NCBI GenBank assembly: GCA_965228855.1
Contig: CBDDIJ010000002.1
Span: 2,496,001 to 2,560,000 of the forward strand
DNA length: 64,000 nucleotides
Direction of reading: 5' to 3'
DNA from: Candidatus Obscuribacterales bacterium
GTDB taxonomy: Bacteria > Cyanobacteriota > Vampirovibrionia > Obscuribacterales > Obscuribacteraceae
The position numbers were made by a program, and so were the translations under genes. Shown here one piece after another: positions 37,600 to 47,200 of this stretch (its first letter is position 1; each line of letters opens with the position of its first letter). The notes beneath the pieces were generated by a model that worked only from the letters and a program-made list of their open reading frames with translations, did not search any database and was not told the DNA's origin.

Positions 37600-38634
37600 A
37601 TGTCACAAGCCGCTACTGAACAGAAATACACGCCCGCTCAGCGATTAAGTGGAATCGTAAATAGCTACGTCATCACTTCGGCTGTCAATGCGGTTATCCG
37701 CTTAAATATTCCTGATATTTTGGGTGATGGCGAAATTGATGTCGACGCTCTGGCGAAACAGACCCAGACAAATGCTGATGCTCTCTGTCGCGTACTGAGA
37801 CTCCTTGCGTCTATGGAAATTTTTGAAGAAACCAAAGATCGCGTTTTCGCTAACACGGAAGCAAGTCAGTCGATACGTAGCGATACTGCTGATTCGCAGC
37901 GAGCGATGATAGAGTTTATCTCTGATCCTATGCATATGGAACTGTACGCTGATATGTTGCCGACTATTAAAGATGGTCGACCAAGTTCCGAACACCGATT
38001 CAAGAAAAATATTTTTGATCTGTTCGAGGAAAATCCTGACGAGCAGAAGCGCTTCAATGACGCTATGTCGAATTTGTCAGAGAACGCCATTCGAGGAGTT
38101 CTAGACGCTTATGATTTTTCTGGCATTGGAACTCTTGTAGATGTCGCCGGTGGTCATGGAGTATTGTTGACGTCCATTCTGCAAAAGTATCCTGATATGA
38201 AAGGCGTCTTGTTCGACCTAAAGCACGTCGTATCTGGTAGTAAGAAACGCATCGAGGAGTTGAAGCTGACGGAGCATTGCAGCACCGCATCTGGTGACTT
38301 CTTCAAAGCAGTCCCATCAGGCGATGCCTATATTTTGAAACACATCATCCATGATTGGGATGACGAGCAGTCCTTGAAGATATTGAAAAACTGTCACGCC
38401 GCAATGGCTAAGTCTGGTGCGCGGAAACTTCTGCTTGTAGAGATGCTCCTGCCAGGACGAAACGTCATGCACCCGAGTAAGTTTCTCGACGTTGAAATGA
38501 TGATGTTGCCTGGAGGCAGAGAACGAACTGAGGGAGAGTACAGAGACTTGCTCCAGAAAGCTGGTTTCCAACTCACAAGCGTCTTTGCCACAAAAGGTCC
38601 TAACAACGTAATTGAATCCGTGCCGATAGGCTGA
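37600..38634 (+). CDS. SAM-dependent O-methyltransferase (COMT-type, with dimerisation domain)
   Basis: LVDVAGGHG, GVLFDL, GDFFKAVP, LKHIIHDWDD, GGRERT. Confidence 0.92.
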   Translation: MSQAATEQKYTPAQRLSGIVNSYVITSAVNAVIRLNIPDILGDGEIDVDALAKQTQTNADALCRVLRLLASMEIFEETKDRVFANTEASQSIRSDTADSQRAMIEFISDPMHMELYADMLPTIKDGRPSSEHRFKKNIFDLFEENPDEQKRFNDAMSNLSENAIRGVLDAYDFSGIGTLVDVAGGHGVLLTSILQKYPDMKGVLFDLKHVVSGSKKRIEELKLTEHCSTASGDFFKAVPSGDAYILKHIIHDWDDEQSLKILKNCHAAMAKSGARKLLLVEMLLPGRNVMHPSKFLDVEMMMLPGGRERTEGEYRDLLQKAGFQLTSVFATKGPNNVIESVPIG

Positions 38635-38663
38635 TCGAGCAGCCGGTTCACTGCCACTACTTG

Positions 38664-39044
38664 CTATTGCAGTTCATGCACATCATCTGCAGCTACTACA
38701 TTTTTCACTGACGCAGGTGGCATAGCACGAGCTGGCGTTATTGCCTCATCTGGTACTGCGGGCGGTGTGTCCGAGCCCGGCGCTTTTGTCTTTATAGGTA
38801 TTCCCGCGCCAGGTGGGGCCAGTGGTACGGGCGCAAGAGCCGAGTCTTGCGCGGGCGTGAGCCGTTTTACTGGTCTTGTCTCTGAGCTGGTTGACGCTCC
38901 AGCGTCGTCGGACAGCAGCATTGTGAATCTGTCCACAGTTTCGTCGTTCATTGATTCGAACAATCTGCCAAGGCTGCGCACTGACTCGGATTCCGGGGCG
39001 GAATTATTGACGACAAGACGAAGATGGCGCGGTTTCTTGTTCAC
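38664..39044 (-). CDS. Small KKPRHLRLVV protein, paralog 1
   Basis: GTG start with GAGG SD; N-terminal ~45 aa conserved with 40200-40451; Pro/Ala-rich tail. Confidence 0.72.
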   Translation of the reverse strand: MNKKPRHLRLVVNNSAPESESVRSLGRLFESMNDETVDRFTMLLSDDAGASTSSETRPVKRLTPAQDSALAPVPLAPPGAGIPIKTKAPGSDTPPAVPDEAITPARAMPPASVKNVVAADDVHELQ

Positions 39045-39387
39045 GAAACGAACCTCGGTTGAAATTTAGACCATGATCTTAAGTGAGATTCGCCGGGGGC
39101 GTATTAAACAGGGAGCAGTTTAGAAACGAGATGTATAGCGCTTAGGACGGCGAGAGGTTTTCGGTGATAGTTTAGCCGATATATCGTTGGCTTTAGTTGT
39201 TCTAATCCACATTAGGCTTTCCATCTGCGGAAGACTGTTGAATTCAACACTGTTTCTCCTTTCTTAAGTTGGTAGAACCGTAATAGTGTTATTGAGGGAG
39301 CAACATGGTCTTGTCTTTATGAACGGCGCCCGAGGTAACAATGAATGGTTTGTGAAACGAAACGGTCACAATCTCGGGTTTAAAACC

Positions 39388-39409
39388 AAAAATCACCAGG
39401 GTGATTTTT
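39388..39409. promoter_or_regulatory. Palindrome AAAAATCACCAGGGTGATTTTT (copy 1 of the shared motif)
   Basis: Near-perfect 22-bp inverted repeat in a divergent intergenic region. Confidence 0.6.
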
Positions 39410-39546
39410 GCTTATAGAGGTGTCCAGGTGCCTGTTCAGGCGATTTTATGAAACTTTTGATGCTAACATGATTTTAGTTTGCTATGTCGTGCAAACGGGT
39501 GAGTCGTTTGTATTCAAGCCTCAGGAAGCAGATTTAGGAATCCATT

Positions 39547-40170
39547 ATGTACAGGATGCGCGGAAGCAAGAACCTTAAGATAGCTGACACCACGGATGGT
39601 GCAGTACGAGATGAGCCATTCGAGCACGCGTTCGCGATAATTGATTCCTGTTTCATAGGTGCGTTGATAAGCGGAGCATCCGTCGAGTGCGTCAAAGCTG
39701 CGTTGTCCTACGGCTTTTTGCAGGTAGCCGGAGAACGCAGAGGTTTGTCGAGGGCAGCCCAGAACGGGTGGCTGGGCGAGCCGGAGTTTATCTGGCAACT
39801 AATTGTCGATGCCATGGTCGATGAGGTGGAAAATTTCGGCGATGTTTTCGACAGGGACGAAGCTGAGTTTGACGTAGAATTTTTACGCAACGAGTGCAGA
39901 ATTGCGCAGGGCTCCCTGTCCGAATTCGAAGAGCGACGACACAGCAAAATTTCCCATTTTCTGCTCCGGCAATGTTTGGAAACGCTCTCTCGCAGTCTCG
40001 CTGATGCGCGAGATGTAGAAATCGCTTTTTTAGTTGAATGGATGAAGATTGCAACCATCTGCGGTGAGTTTTCCGTCGACGAGTTCGCGGCTGTTCGATC
40101 CAACCCATCTGAAGTCGAAGCTTCTTATAGTCGAGTGATTGAACAACAAGTTGAAGAACTCTCGTCTTGA
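39547..40170 (+). CDS. Acidic helical hypothetical protein (start uncertain)
   Basis: 207-aa ORF filling the space between the two paralogs; no known motif. Confidence 0.65.
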   Translation: MYRMRGSKNLKIADTTDGAVRDEPFEHAFAIIDSCFIGALISGASVECVKAALSYGFLQVAGERRGLSRAAQNGWLGEPEFIWQLIVDAMVDEVENFGDVFDRDEAEFDVEFLRNECRIAQGSLSEFEERRHSKISHFLLRQCLETLSRSLADARDVEIAFLVEWMKIATICGEFSVDEFAAVRSNPSEVEASYSRVIEQQVEELSS

Positions 40171-40199
40171 ACCGACTCCGGCTGCCGACGTTCTAGTGG

Positions 40200-40451
40200 C
40201 TAGTTCGTAACAGGAGAATCTGGTCGCGTTGTTGATACCGGCATCGACTCTGTGTCAGAAACAGATGACTCGTGTCTGGACGCACGGTCGTAGCTGATGA
40301 TGACGTTTTCTGCTTCCGACAGAATTGCAGAAAATCGATCGACGGTTTCTTCGTAGTTCGATTCGAAGAGGTCGTCAAAACCTTCTACTGGTTCAAAGTC
40401 TGAATCAGTATTGTCGACGACAAGGCGAAGATGGCGCGGTTTCTTGCTCAC
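40200..40451 (-). CDS. Small KKPRHLRLVV protein, paralog 2
   Basis: GTG start with GAGG SD; MSKKPRHLRLVVDN..LFESNYEETVDRFSAILS. Confidence 0.72.
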   Translation of the reverse strand: MSKKPRHLRLVVDNTDSDFEPVEGFDDLFESNYEETVDRFSAILSEAENVIISYDRASRHESSVSDTESMPVSTTRPDSPVTN

Positions 40452-40727
40452 GAAACGACCCTCGGTAAATATTTAGATGATTGATTCTATGCGAGTCTCC
40501 TGCGCGTTGTATTAAACGTTTCGCGCTCAGTGCAATGCAAAGATAGCGAATAGGGGGCAAAAGTGTTCCGGAAGAAGATCGTTGGATATACTGGCTGCTT
40601 TAGTAGTTTTAATAAGTGCAAATTTAATTTAGCTGCTGAATTTTTCTAAGTCCATCCGCCTCGTTGATAGTTCTTGGTAATCTATCAATGACTGCTGAAG
40701 TGACGCAGTTTGAGGGCGACCTTTTGT

Positions 40728-42566
40728 ATGGATGAGTTTTGGAAGTCAAATCTAATCTCCGAGCGCTACGAGTATGTCGAAGAGTTAGGCAAAGGTGGGA
40801 TTGGCACGGTTATCCTAGCGCGGGACAAGGTGCTCGATAAGCTTGTCGCCATCAAGATTTTGAACGCAAATTTGTCAGCTGAAGAGTCGATTCGGTTTCA
40901 GCAAGAGGGTATTTTGTCGGGCAAGCTTAAGCACGACAACATAGTTGCGGTTCTGGATTTTGGAGTGACGGAGACCAATGTACCTTACCTTATAATGGAA
41001 CACCTGCAAGGTTTCACGCTCGCGCATATGGTCACTACCGATGGTGCGCTGGAGCCCTTGTTTGCGGTCCGTATTTTTCAGCAAATAGCTCGTGGCATGA
41101 GGAACTCGCACAATACGGGAGTAGTTCACAGAGATCTTAAGCCGGCCAACGTCTTCATGGTCGTTAACGAGGACGAGACACTATCTGCCAAGGTTGTCGA
41201 TTTTGGTTTAGCTCGGCTTTTGAGTCAGGACGCGCGTCTGACTGCGACCGGAACAGCCATCGGTTCCCCTCTGTATATGTCTCCGGAGCAGGGGCAGGGA
41301 ATGGCTGGTGATGAGCGCTCCGACATATATTCGATGGGATGTCTGATGTATCAGGTGATGACGGGCAGAGTTCCATTCGAAGGTGAATCTCCGATGCTGA
41401 CGATTGCGATGCACATCTCAGTGATGCCGGAATCACTGGGCGAGAAAACTGGCAAGAGATTTTTGCCGCTGCTGGAGCAAACAGTCGCGCGCTGTCTGAA
41501 GAAAAAAACGGACGAAAGATACCAAAGCTTCGAAGAACTGTTAAAGGATCTTGAGAGGATTGAGGCGGAATTGATCCGTTTGGAACGCGAAGAGGCGCTA
41601 GAAGCAGTCAGTCGAAGCGGCGTTCAACGCGCATTGAGTTCCGTCACCGATTTTGCTACACCACTGGCGGCCGCATCCAAGAGAAATCTGGCGCTAATAG
41701 TCGTTGCCGTGAGTGCCTTGGTCGGCGCAACTGTTCTCGGCTTCTATTTGCTTTTGCCGCAGTTCAACAGGCCGGCACCGCCAGACGAGAAGACCGAACT
41801 TATTAGATTTGCCGATAGCCTGGAGACTTTCAGCAAAATAAAAGTCGATGAGGAGAATGGCGAGACGTACGCTAAAGGTTACGGTGAGAACACTGACACG
41901 GACCTGAAACAGCTCGCTAAGTATCGACGGCTCGATAAGCTCAGTCTTAACGGCAGTAGCTGCGTGGGCACCGGTTTGAGTTTTCTTGCTGGTACGACCA
42001 TAGTTGAGTTGAATCTGGATTCGACGCCGCTGAGCGACGACGGCATGCGAGAGGTGAATCACGTTAAAGGGCTACAGAAGCTGTTGGTAAAAGATTGCGA
42101 TGAGCTGCATGATTCGAGTTTTGCACTTTTGACTGGCAACAAGACGCTGAAACACATTAGCTTATCCGCGAGCCGAAATTTGACTGAACGCGTATTTAGA
42201 TATCTACAAACTTATCCGGTGCTTGAGTCCATCGGGCTCGATGAGTTTCACGTGACGCGCGACGGGATCGCTGATCTTCTGAAAGTCCCGAAGTTAAATA
42301 CGATTGTTTTTGAAGAATGCAATCTAGACAAAGGAGTCCTTGAAGCTCTGGCAAAGCACAAAACGCCGTTCGAGCGGGTTGGGTTGGCGGACATGATTGT
42401 GACACCAAATACGGTAGCTGAGCTAAAGCATGTTGCTACAAGATATATAACGCTGCATGACGTGAAGATGACCAGCGCGCTGCACTCACAAATTCTGAAA
42501 GACGATCGATATGTGTGGTCTGATACTGAAGTCGACGGTAAGGAAATCGACGACTTGATGCGGTAA
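40728..42566 (+). CDS. Ser/Thr protein kinase - TM - leucine-rich repeats
   Basis: LGKGGIG, VAIK, HRDLKPAN, DFG, GSPLYMSPE; TM helix; LxxLxL repeats. Confidence 0.93.
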   Translation: MDEFWKSNLISERYEYVEELGKGGIGTVILARDKVLDKLVAIKILNANLSAEESIRFQQEGILSGKLKHDNIVAVLDFGVTETNVPYLIMEHLQGFTLAHMVTTDGALEPLFAVRIFQQIARGMRNSHNTGVVHRDLKPANVFMVVNEDETLSAKVVDFGLARLLSQDARLTATGTAIGSPLYMSPEQGQGMAGDERSDIYSMGCLMYQVMTGRVPFEGESPMLTIAMHISVMPESLGEKTGKRFLPLLEQTVARCLKKKTDERYQSFEELLKDLERIEAELIRLEREEALEAVSRSGVQRALSSVTDFATPLAAASKRNLALIVVAVSALVGATVLGFYLLLPQFNRPAPPDEKTELIRFADSLETFSKIKVDEENGETYAKGYGENTDTDLKQLAKYRRLDKLSLNGSSCVGTGLSFLAGTTIVELNLDSTPLSDDGMREVNHVKGLQKLLVKDCDELHDSSFALLTGNKTLKHISLSASRNLTERVFRYLQTYPVLESIGLDEFHVTRDGIADLLKVPKLNTIVFEECNLDKGVLEALAKHKTPFERVGLADMIVTPNTVAELKHVATRYITLHDVKMTSALHSQILKDDRYVWSDTEVDGKEIDDLMR

Positions 42567-42680
42567 GTCTGCAGATTGGGGGCGGAACTCTGGCGCGGCG
42601 GACAGCCTCATGACCGAGTGAGGATGATCTGTGAGATTGCGAATTGTTTGCAAGCGAGGTCGTTTGACAACGTGCTGGAC

Positions 42681-43601
42681 TCAGTGTTTGTGCTGGTTTA
42701 GTGCGGCTCGCAGATGACCTGAACTTTTCTCCAGAAGCTCGGCAGCTTTCTCTGGCGCGACCTCAAGGAGTATCGAAACGATCGCGGTTTTTGCGTGCCA
42801 GTCGGAGTAGTCGAGCGCGGTTTCGCACACTTCCGGCGTTGCTCCGGTCGCTTCCTGAACGATGCGAATGGCGCGGTGCCGAAGCTTTTCATTGGTAGCT
42901 TTCACGTCGACCATCAGGTTCTGGTAAACCTTGCCGCTTCGGACCATTACCGCCGTCGAAATCATATTGAGGAGAAATTTCTGAGCGCTGCCTGCCTTCA
43001 TGCGGGTCGAGCCGGTGAGTGGTTCCGGACCGGTTACTGCTTCCAGAGCGAAGTCGACGCTTTTAGCCAGTTTCGAATTTGAAACGTTTGCTATTCCCGC
43101 TGTTAAGCAGCCTTGACCGCGAGCGAAATCTACGGCTCCGAGCACGAAAGGTGTTCTGCCACTGGCTGCGATACCGATTACGGTATCATGTTCAGTGAGC
43201 TGTTTTGCGTCAATGTCCAGCCGCCCTTGATCGTAACTGTCCTCGGCTCCTTCTATTGATGAAACAAGGGCGGTAGGACCTCCAGCGATGATACCCTGCA
43301 CCATATCCGGTGAAACGCCAAATGTTGGCGGGCACTCGCTGGCATCAAGAACGCCGAGCCTTCCGCTCGTTCCCGCGCCGACGTAGATGATGCGTCCGCC
43401 TTTGCGCACGCGTTTTACTATTTCATCGACAAGCTCAGCCAGTCTCGGCACCAACGGATCTATAGAGTCTGCCACCACATGATTTTCTTCGTTAAAGACG
43501 CGCATCAACTCCGCAGTGGATAAGGCATCCATATCAGCCGTCCGCTGATTGCGGCGCTCGGTTTCCAATTGAGCCAGATGAATCGTCTCTTGTTCTTTCA
43601 T
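42681..43601 (-). CDS. murQ: N-acetylmuramic acid 6-phosphate etherase
   Basis: LETERRN, GAGTSGRLGVLDASECPPTFG, GIAASGRTP, GPEPLTGSTRMKAG, NLMVDVKATNEKL. Confidence 0.97.
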   Translation of the reverse strand: MKEQETIHLAQLETERRNQRTADMDALSTAELMRVFNEENHVVADSIDPLVPRLAELVDEIVKRVRKGGRIIYVGAGTSGRLGVLDASECPPTFGVSPDMVQGIIAGGPTALVSSIEGAEDSYDQGRLDIDAKQLTEHDTVIGIAASGRTPFVLGAVDFARGQGCLTAGIANVSNSKLAKSVDFALEAVTGPEPLTGSTRMKAGSAQKFLLNMISTAVMVRSGKVYQNLMVDVKATNEKLRHRAIRIVQEATGATPEVCETALDYSDWHAKTAIVSILLEVAPEKAAELLEKSSGHLRAALNQHKH

Positions 43602-43621
43602 ACGATCAATCTCCGCAGCGA

Positions 43622-44086
43622 TTATTTCAGGTTTCTATAAAGGGATATGATTTCGATTGCGGCGTTCGCGGCTTCGATTCCTTTGTTATATTCGCCCTCG
43701 GTTCGCGCGATGGCATGCGCGATATCATGCACCGGCAGAATTTCCATAATCACCGGAACCTCGAAGTCGTACATCACGCGACCGAGTTCTCTTATACAGG
43801 TCTGCAGAATTACATCGTAGTGATCTGTCTCACCTTTGGCGATGATACCGTAGACCATTATGGCATCGTACTTTGCCAATTTTGCCAGCTTCTTCGCGGT
43901 GAGCGGAATTTCGTAGCAGCCGGGAACCAAGTATACATCCAATTCCGAGCAACTCGCTTCGTTCAAAATCTTCTCGGAAGCGGCTATCATTTTGTCGGTA
44001 TGCTCTTTATGCCAGGCTCCTTGAACAATGGCGACTCGAGCACCTTCGATGGTTTGCGAAGCTTTGCTGTCGTACACTTTTTTCAT
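43622..44086 (-). CDS. ribH: 6,7-dimethyl-8-ribityllumazine synthase
   Basis: VPGCYEIPL, YDAI..G...KGETDHYD, VPVI, NKGIEAA; AAGGAG SD. Confidence 0.92.
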   Translation of the reverse strand: MKKVYDSKASQTIEGARVAIVQGAWHKEHTDKMIAASEKILNEASCSELDVYLVPGCYEIPLTAKKLAKLAKYDAIMVYGIIAKGETDHYDVILQTCIRELGRVMYDFEVPVIMEILPVHDIAHAIARTEGEYNKGIEAANAAIEIISLYRNLK

Positions 44087-44275
44087 GTTCCGGGCTCCTT
44101 TCTTGCTGGTTGAAGACAGCCAACCAGCGGGCGTAGTGGTCTATTCGACTCGATAATTATAGATGCCCGTTCAGTCAATCCGCGTGATTTGCCGTAGAGG
44201 GTGAGTGAAATTATTATAGAGATTCTGATGTTCCCTACAACTCAGCGTCGTCTTCCAATATACGCTTGTCATGTG

Positions 44276-47200
44276 TTAGCAGCTGATTTGCATCGACTTT
44301 TGTCCGCTGGAGTATTCCTCTGCTGGTAGAACGGTTCCAACCAGATTTGTAGGGTCCGTTTGCGCGACCGTAACACTTGTGTTGGTCAAGCTCGCTGCTT
44401 TGGATGCGCGCAACGAATCGACAGCCTCGGGGAGTGCGAATTGTTCACCAATGAAACCGTTGACGAAACGCCCCCCTCGCACCTCGCCACGATCTTCAAG
44501 GCTGCGAAAAACTGCCAACAGTTCGCGCCAGGGAGGAAGGTTTGATTCACGCAAAACCACATTGCGGAATACAACTCCGTAGCGGCGTAACAGGATACGA
44601 CACATTGCTTCAAGAGCGGCTGTTTTTTCCACGGGAAGGTCTGAGTGAAGTAAGCTCCATCGCCCGTATGCGGCGTCACGAAAACGTTTCGAACGACCAG
44701 GGCGCAACTCCGCTCGGGCTGGATCAATCAGCAGACGCAAATTTGCGAAACCATCAGCGGTTATTATTCCTGCGGTTACGAGTTCCCAGAGGGCACGTTC
44801 CGTCTGGAGTTTTGTAAGTCCAGTACCGCGAACCACATCTGCGAAGAAACTGGCTCCGCGTTTGCTCAAGAATGCCTCTACGGAGCGGGCGTGATTGCTC
44901 ACACCATAGAGGTCTATATTGGCTCCGGTTTTGGGTAATGAAGACATCCAATCGGCGTCGTCTCTGACGAAAAATGTGACCGGTGCCACGCTCGTTGGAA
45001 TCACTCGCTTGATAACGCCCGGGCTGAGTTCTTCAGCTAGCGGAGGAACATTGGCGCTGAACTGACTGTTGTCACTGCGAGTAGAGTCGTTTCCAACACC
45101 GCCGGTGGAGTCGTTTCCAACACCGCCAACGGAGTCGTTTGCGACACCGCCAGTGGAGTCGTTTCCAACACCGCAGGTGGAGTCGTTTCCTTCACCACCA
45201 GTGGAGTCGATTTGCTCACCGCCCTCGGTGCCTCGCTTTTTCGGTCTAAGCTGCGTTACTCTCGCAGATGCTATTTTTTTTCGTTGGGGGTAACCGTGAG
45301 CGTTTGAAGCGTTGCTCACGGAAAGCGCCTGTTCATCAGTAACTTCAAGCGATGGATGTGAACTGAGTCGCCCCCAGCCGACCGTCCCCTTCAGGCACAA
45401 GGCATCTAATAATTCCGGCTTGTAGTTCTTCACCCGCGTGGACAGAATCTGCGCCTCCCAGTCGCGCGCGGGCACCTCGAAACCTTGCAGTTGCCGTATT
45501 ATTTCGAGCAAACCGCGTTCGCCAGCCAGTTGCGTTCCAGGTGCGACGTGTTGCCAGTGGCAAAGCCATCGAGCATAAACCGCGGCTGTGACCGGTTCGA
45601 TCCCTTTCCGGAGTGTAGCCAGCGTAAGCTTGTGGACGCGCGCAAGCAGTCTTCGATCGCACCACTCGTAAGCCGAGATCGGCATAGATGCTAGCCCTGT
45701 GACGACGGTAGAGAAGCGTCCCTGGTTTTTAAACTGACCTCGCAATATTCTGCCTTCTGATTCAAGCGTGACGAAGGCAATTTCGAGCTCGCCGATTTCT
45801 AGTCTCAGAATGTCAGAGATTTCTTCGACAGTTGTAGGTCCGACTATATTCATCCAGCCGCGAAGTGCTGCTAGAACAGCATCGGAGCGTTCCGTAATAG
45901 CGTTCGGAATTGTCGGCAACTTGGTTTCAATTTGCCCATGCGGCCAGATCAATTCTGCTAATGCAATTCTCTCTGTTGCGACCCAGTAAGAGTTTCCATC
46001 GATTGTCATTCTAGACGCCCGGTTGCGCTCACTCAACTCGCTCATGAATTCAGACCATAGCACTGCCGGCTGGGCGAACAGGCGCAGATTAGTCTCCGGA
46101 ATTGCCACCACTGATAGCATCAGATCGTGCAGTTCGTCGGCATTCTGTATGTCCGGCCACGCCTGCTCGATTACCTTGGCGATGGCTTGAGGATCGAGTT
46201 GACCAAGCTCCCCTGCTATCGAGCCCGGGAGAACGCGTCGCATTTGCACGGCTCTTGTCCTGCGCTCTTCAACTCCTGCGTCATCAAGGTAGGCGTAAAC
46301 ATTTGCGTTGATTATTTCCGCCGCAAACTGTGAAGGCGTGGGGGTATCAACTGCAATGCATTGAATCTCACCGTTTTTGATACCAGCAATAATTGTTTCC
46401 AAACCCTCCAGGTCCATCGCTTCGGTCAAGACGTCTTTCATAACTTCGTTGATAAGTGGATGGTCAGGCAGTTCGATGTCACCGGGAATGTTATCCTGGC
46501 AGGCTGCCGCCTGAGGAAAAACCGCGGCGAGGAGATCGTCTGAGCGTAATCTTTGCAGATATGGTGGAACTTTTTTGCCGCCCATGAAGCGAAGAAGGGC
46601 TAACGAACGCATTGCATCCCATCGCCACCTTGTCGCAAAAATTGGTGAAGGGATGGACGCTTGTTCTAGTGTATGTTTAACCGTCTCGCCTGCTAGAAAG
46701 TAGAAAACGTCTCCTAGCGGGAAGCTGTGCTGTTCGGCGAGAGCGATGCTTAAACCATCCTCGGTGGCAGCTGCTTGCAGCTCGAAATTGAAACTTCGGC
46801 AGAATTTTTTTCGTAACGCCAGACCCCAGGCTCGGTTGATTCGTCCGCCAAACGGTGCATGAATAATCAGCTGCATGCCACCACCTTCGTCGAAGAAGCG
46901 TTCGGCAATTATGCGTTTTGTTGTCGGAACCTCGCCGAGCATCGCGCGTCCCTGAATGACGTACTCCATGAGCTGCTCCGCTCCGGAGTCGGTGACACCG
47001 CATTCGGTTTTCAACCAATCAATCGCCTCGCGAACTTCCGGCGTGTGTTCGGAGTGCGCTCCGAACTCAAGACCTACATCGCGTGTCAACTCGTTTATCT
47101 TGTCACGCAACTCGGAGACGTGTTTCGATAGCTCGTCTGATCTCGCCGGCGCCTCGCCGAACCAGAAGGGAACGCTGGGCGGTGCTCCATAAGCGTCTTC

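Noticed and set aside
44087..44275. FMN riboswitch upstream of ribH
   Set aside because: The only RFN-like fragment (AGGGTGAGTGAAATT) is on the wrong strand and the other conserved blocks are missing
45081..45224. Possible CRISPR array
   Set aside because: Units are contiguous with no unique spacers, are in frame within lhr, and there are no cas genes
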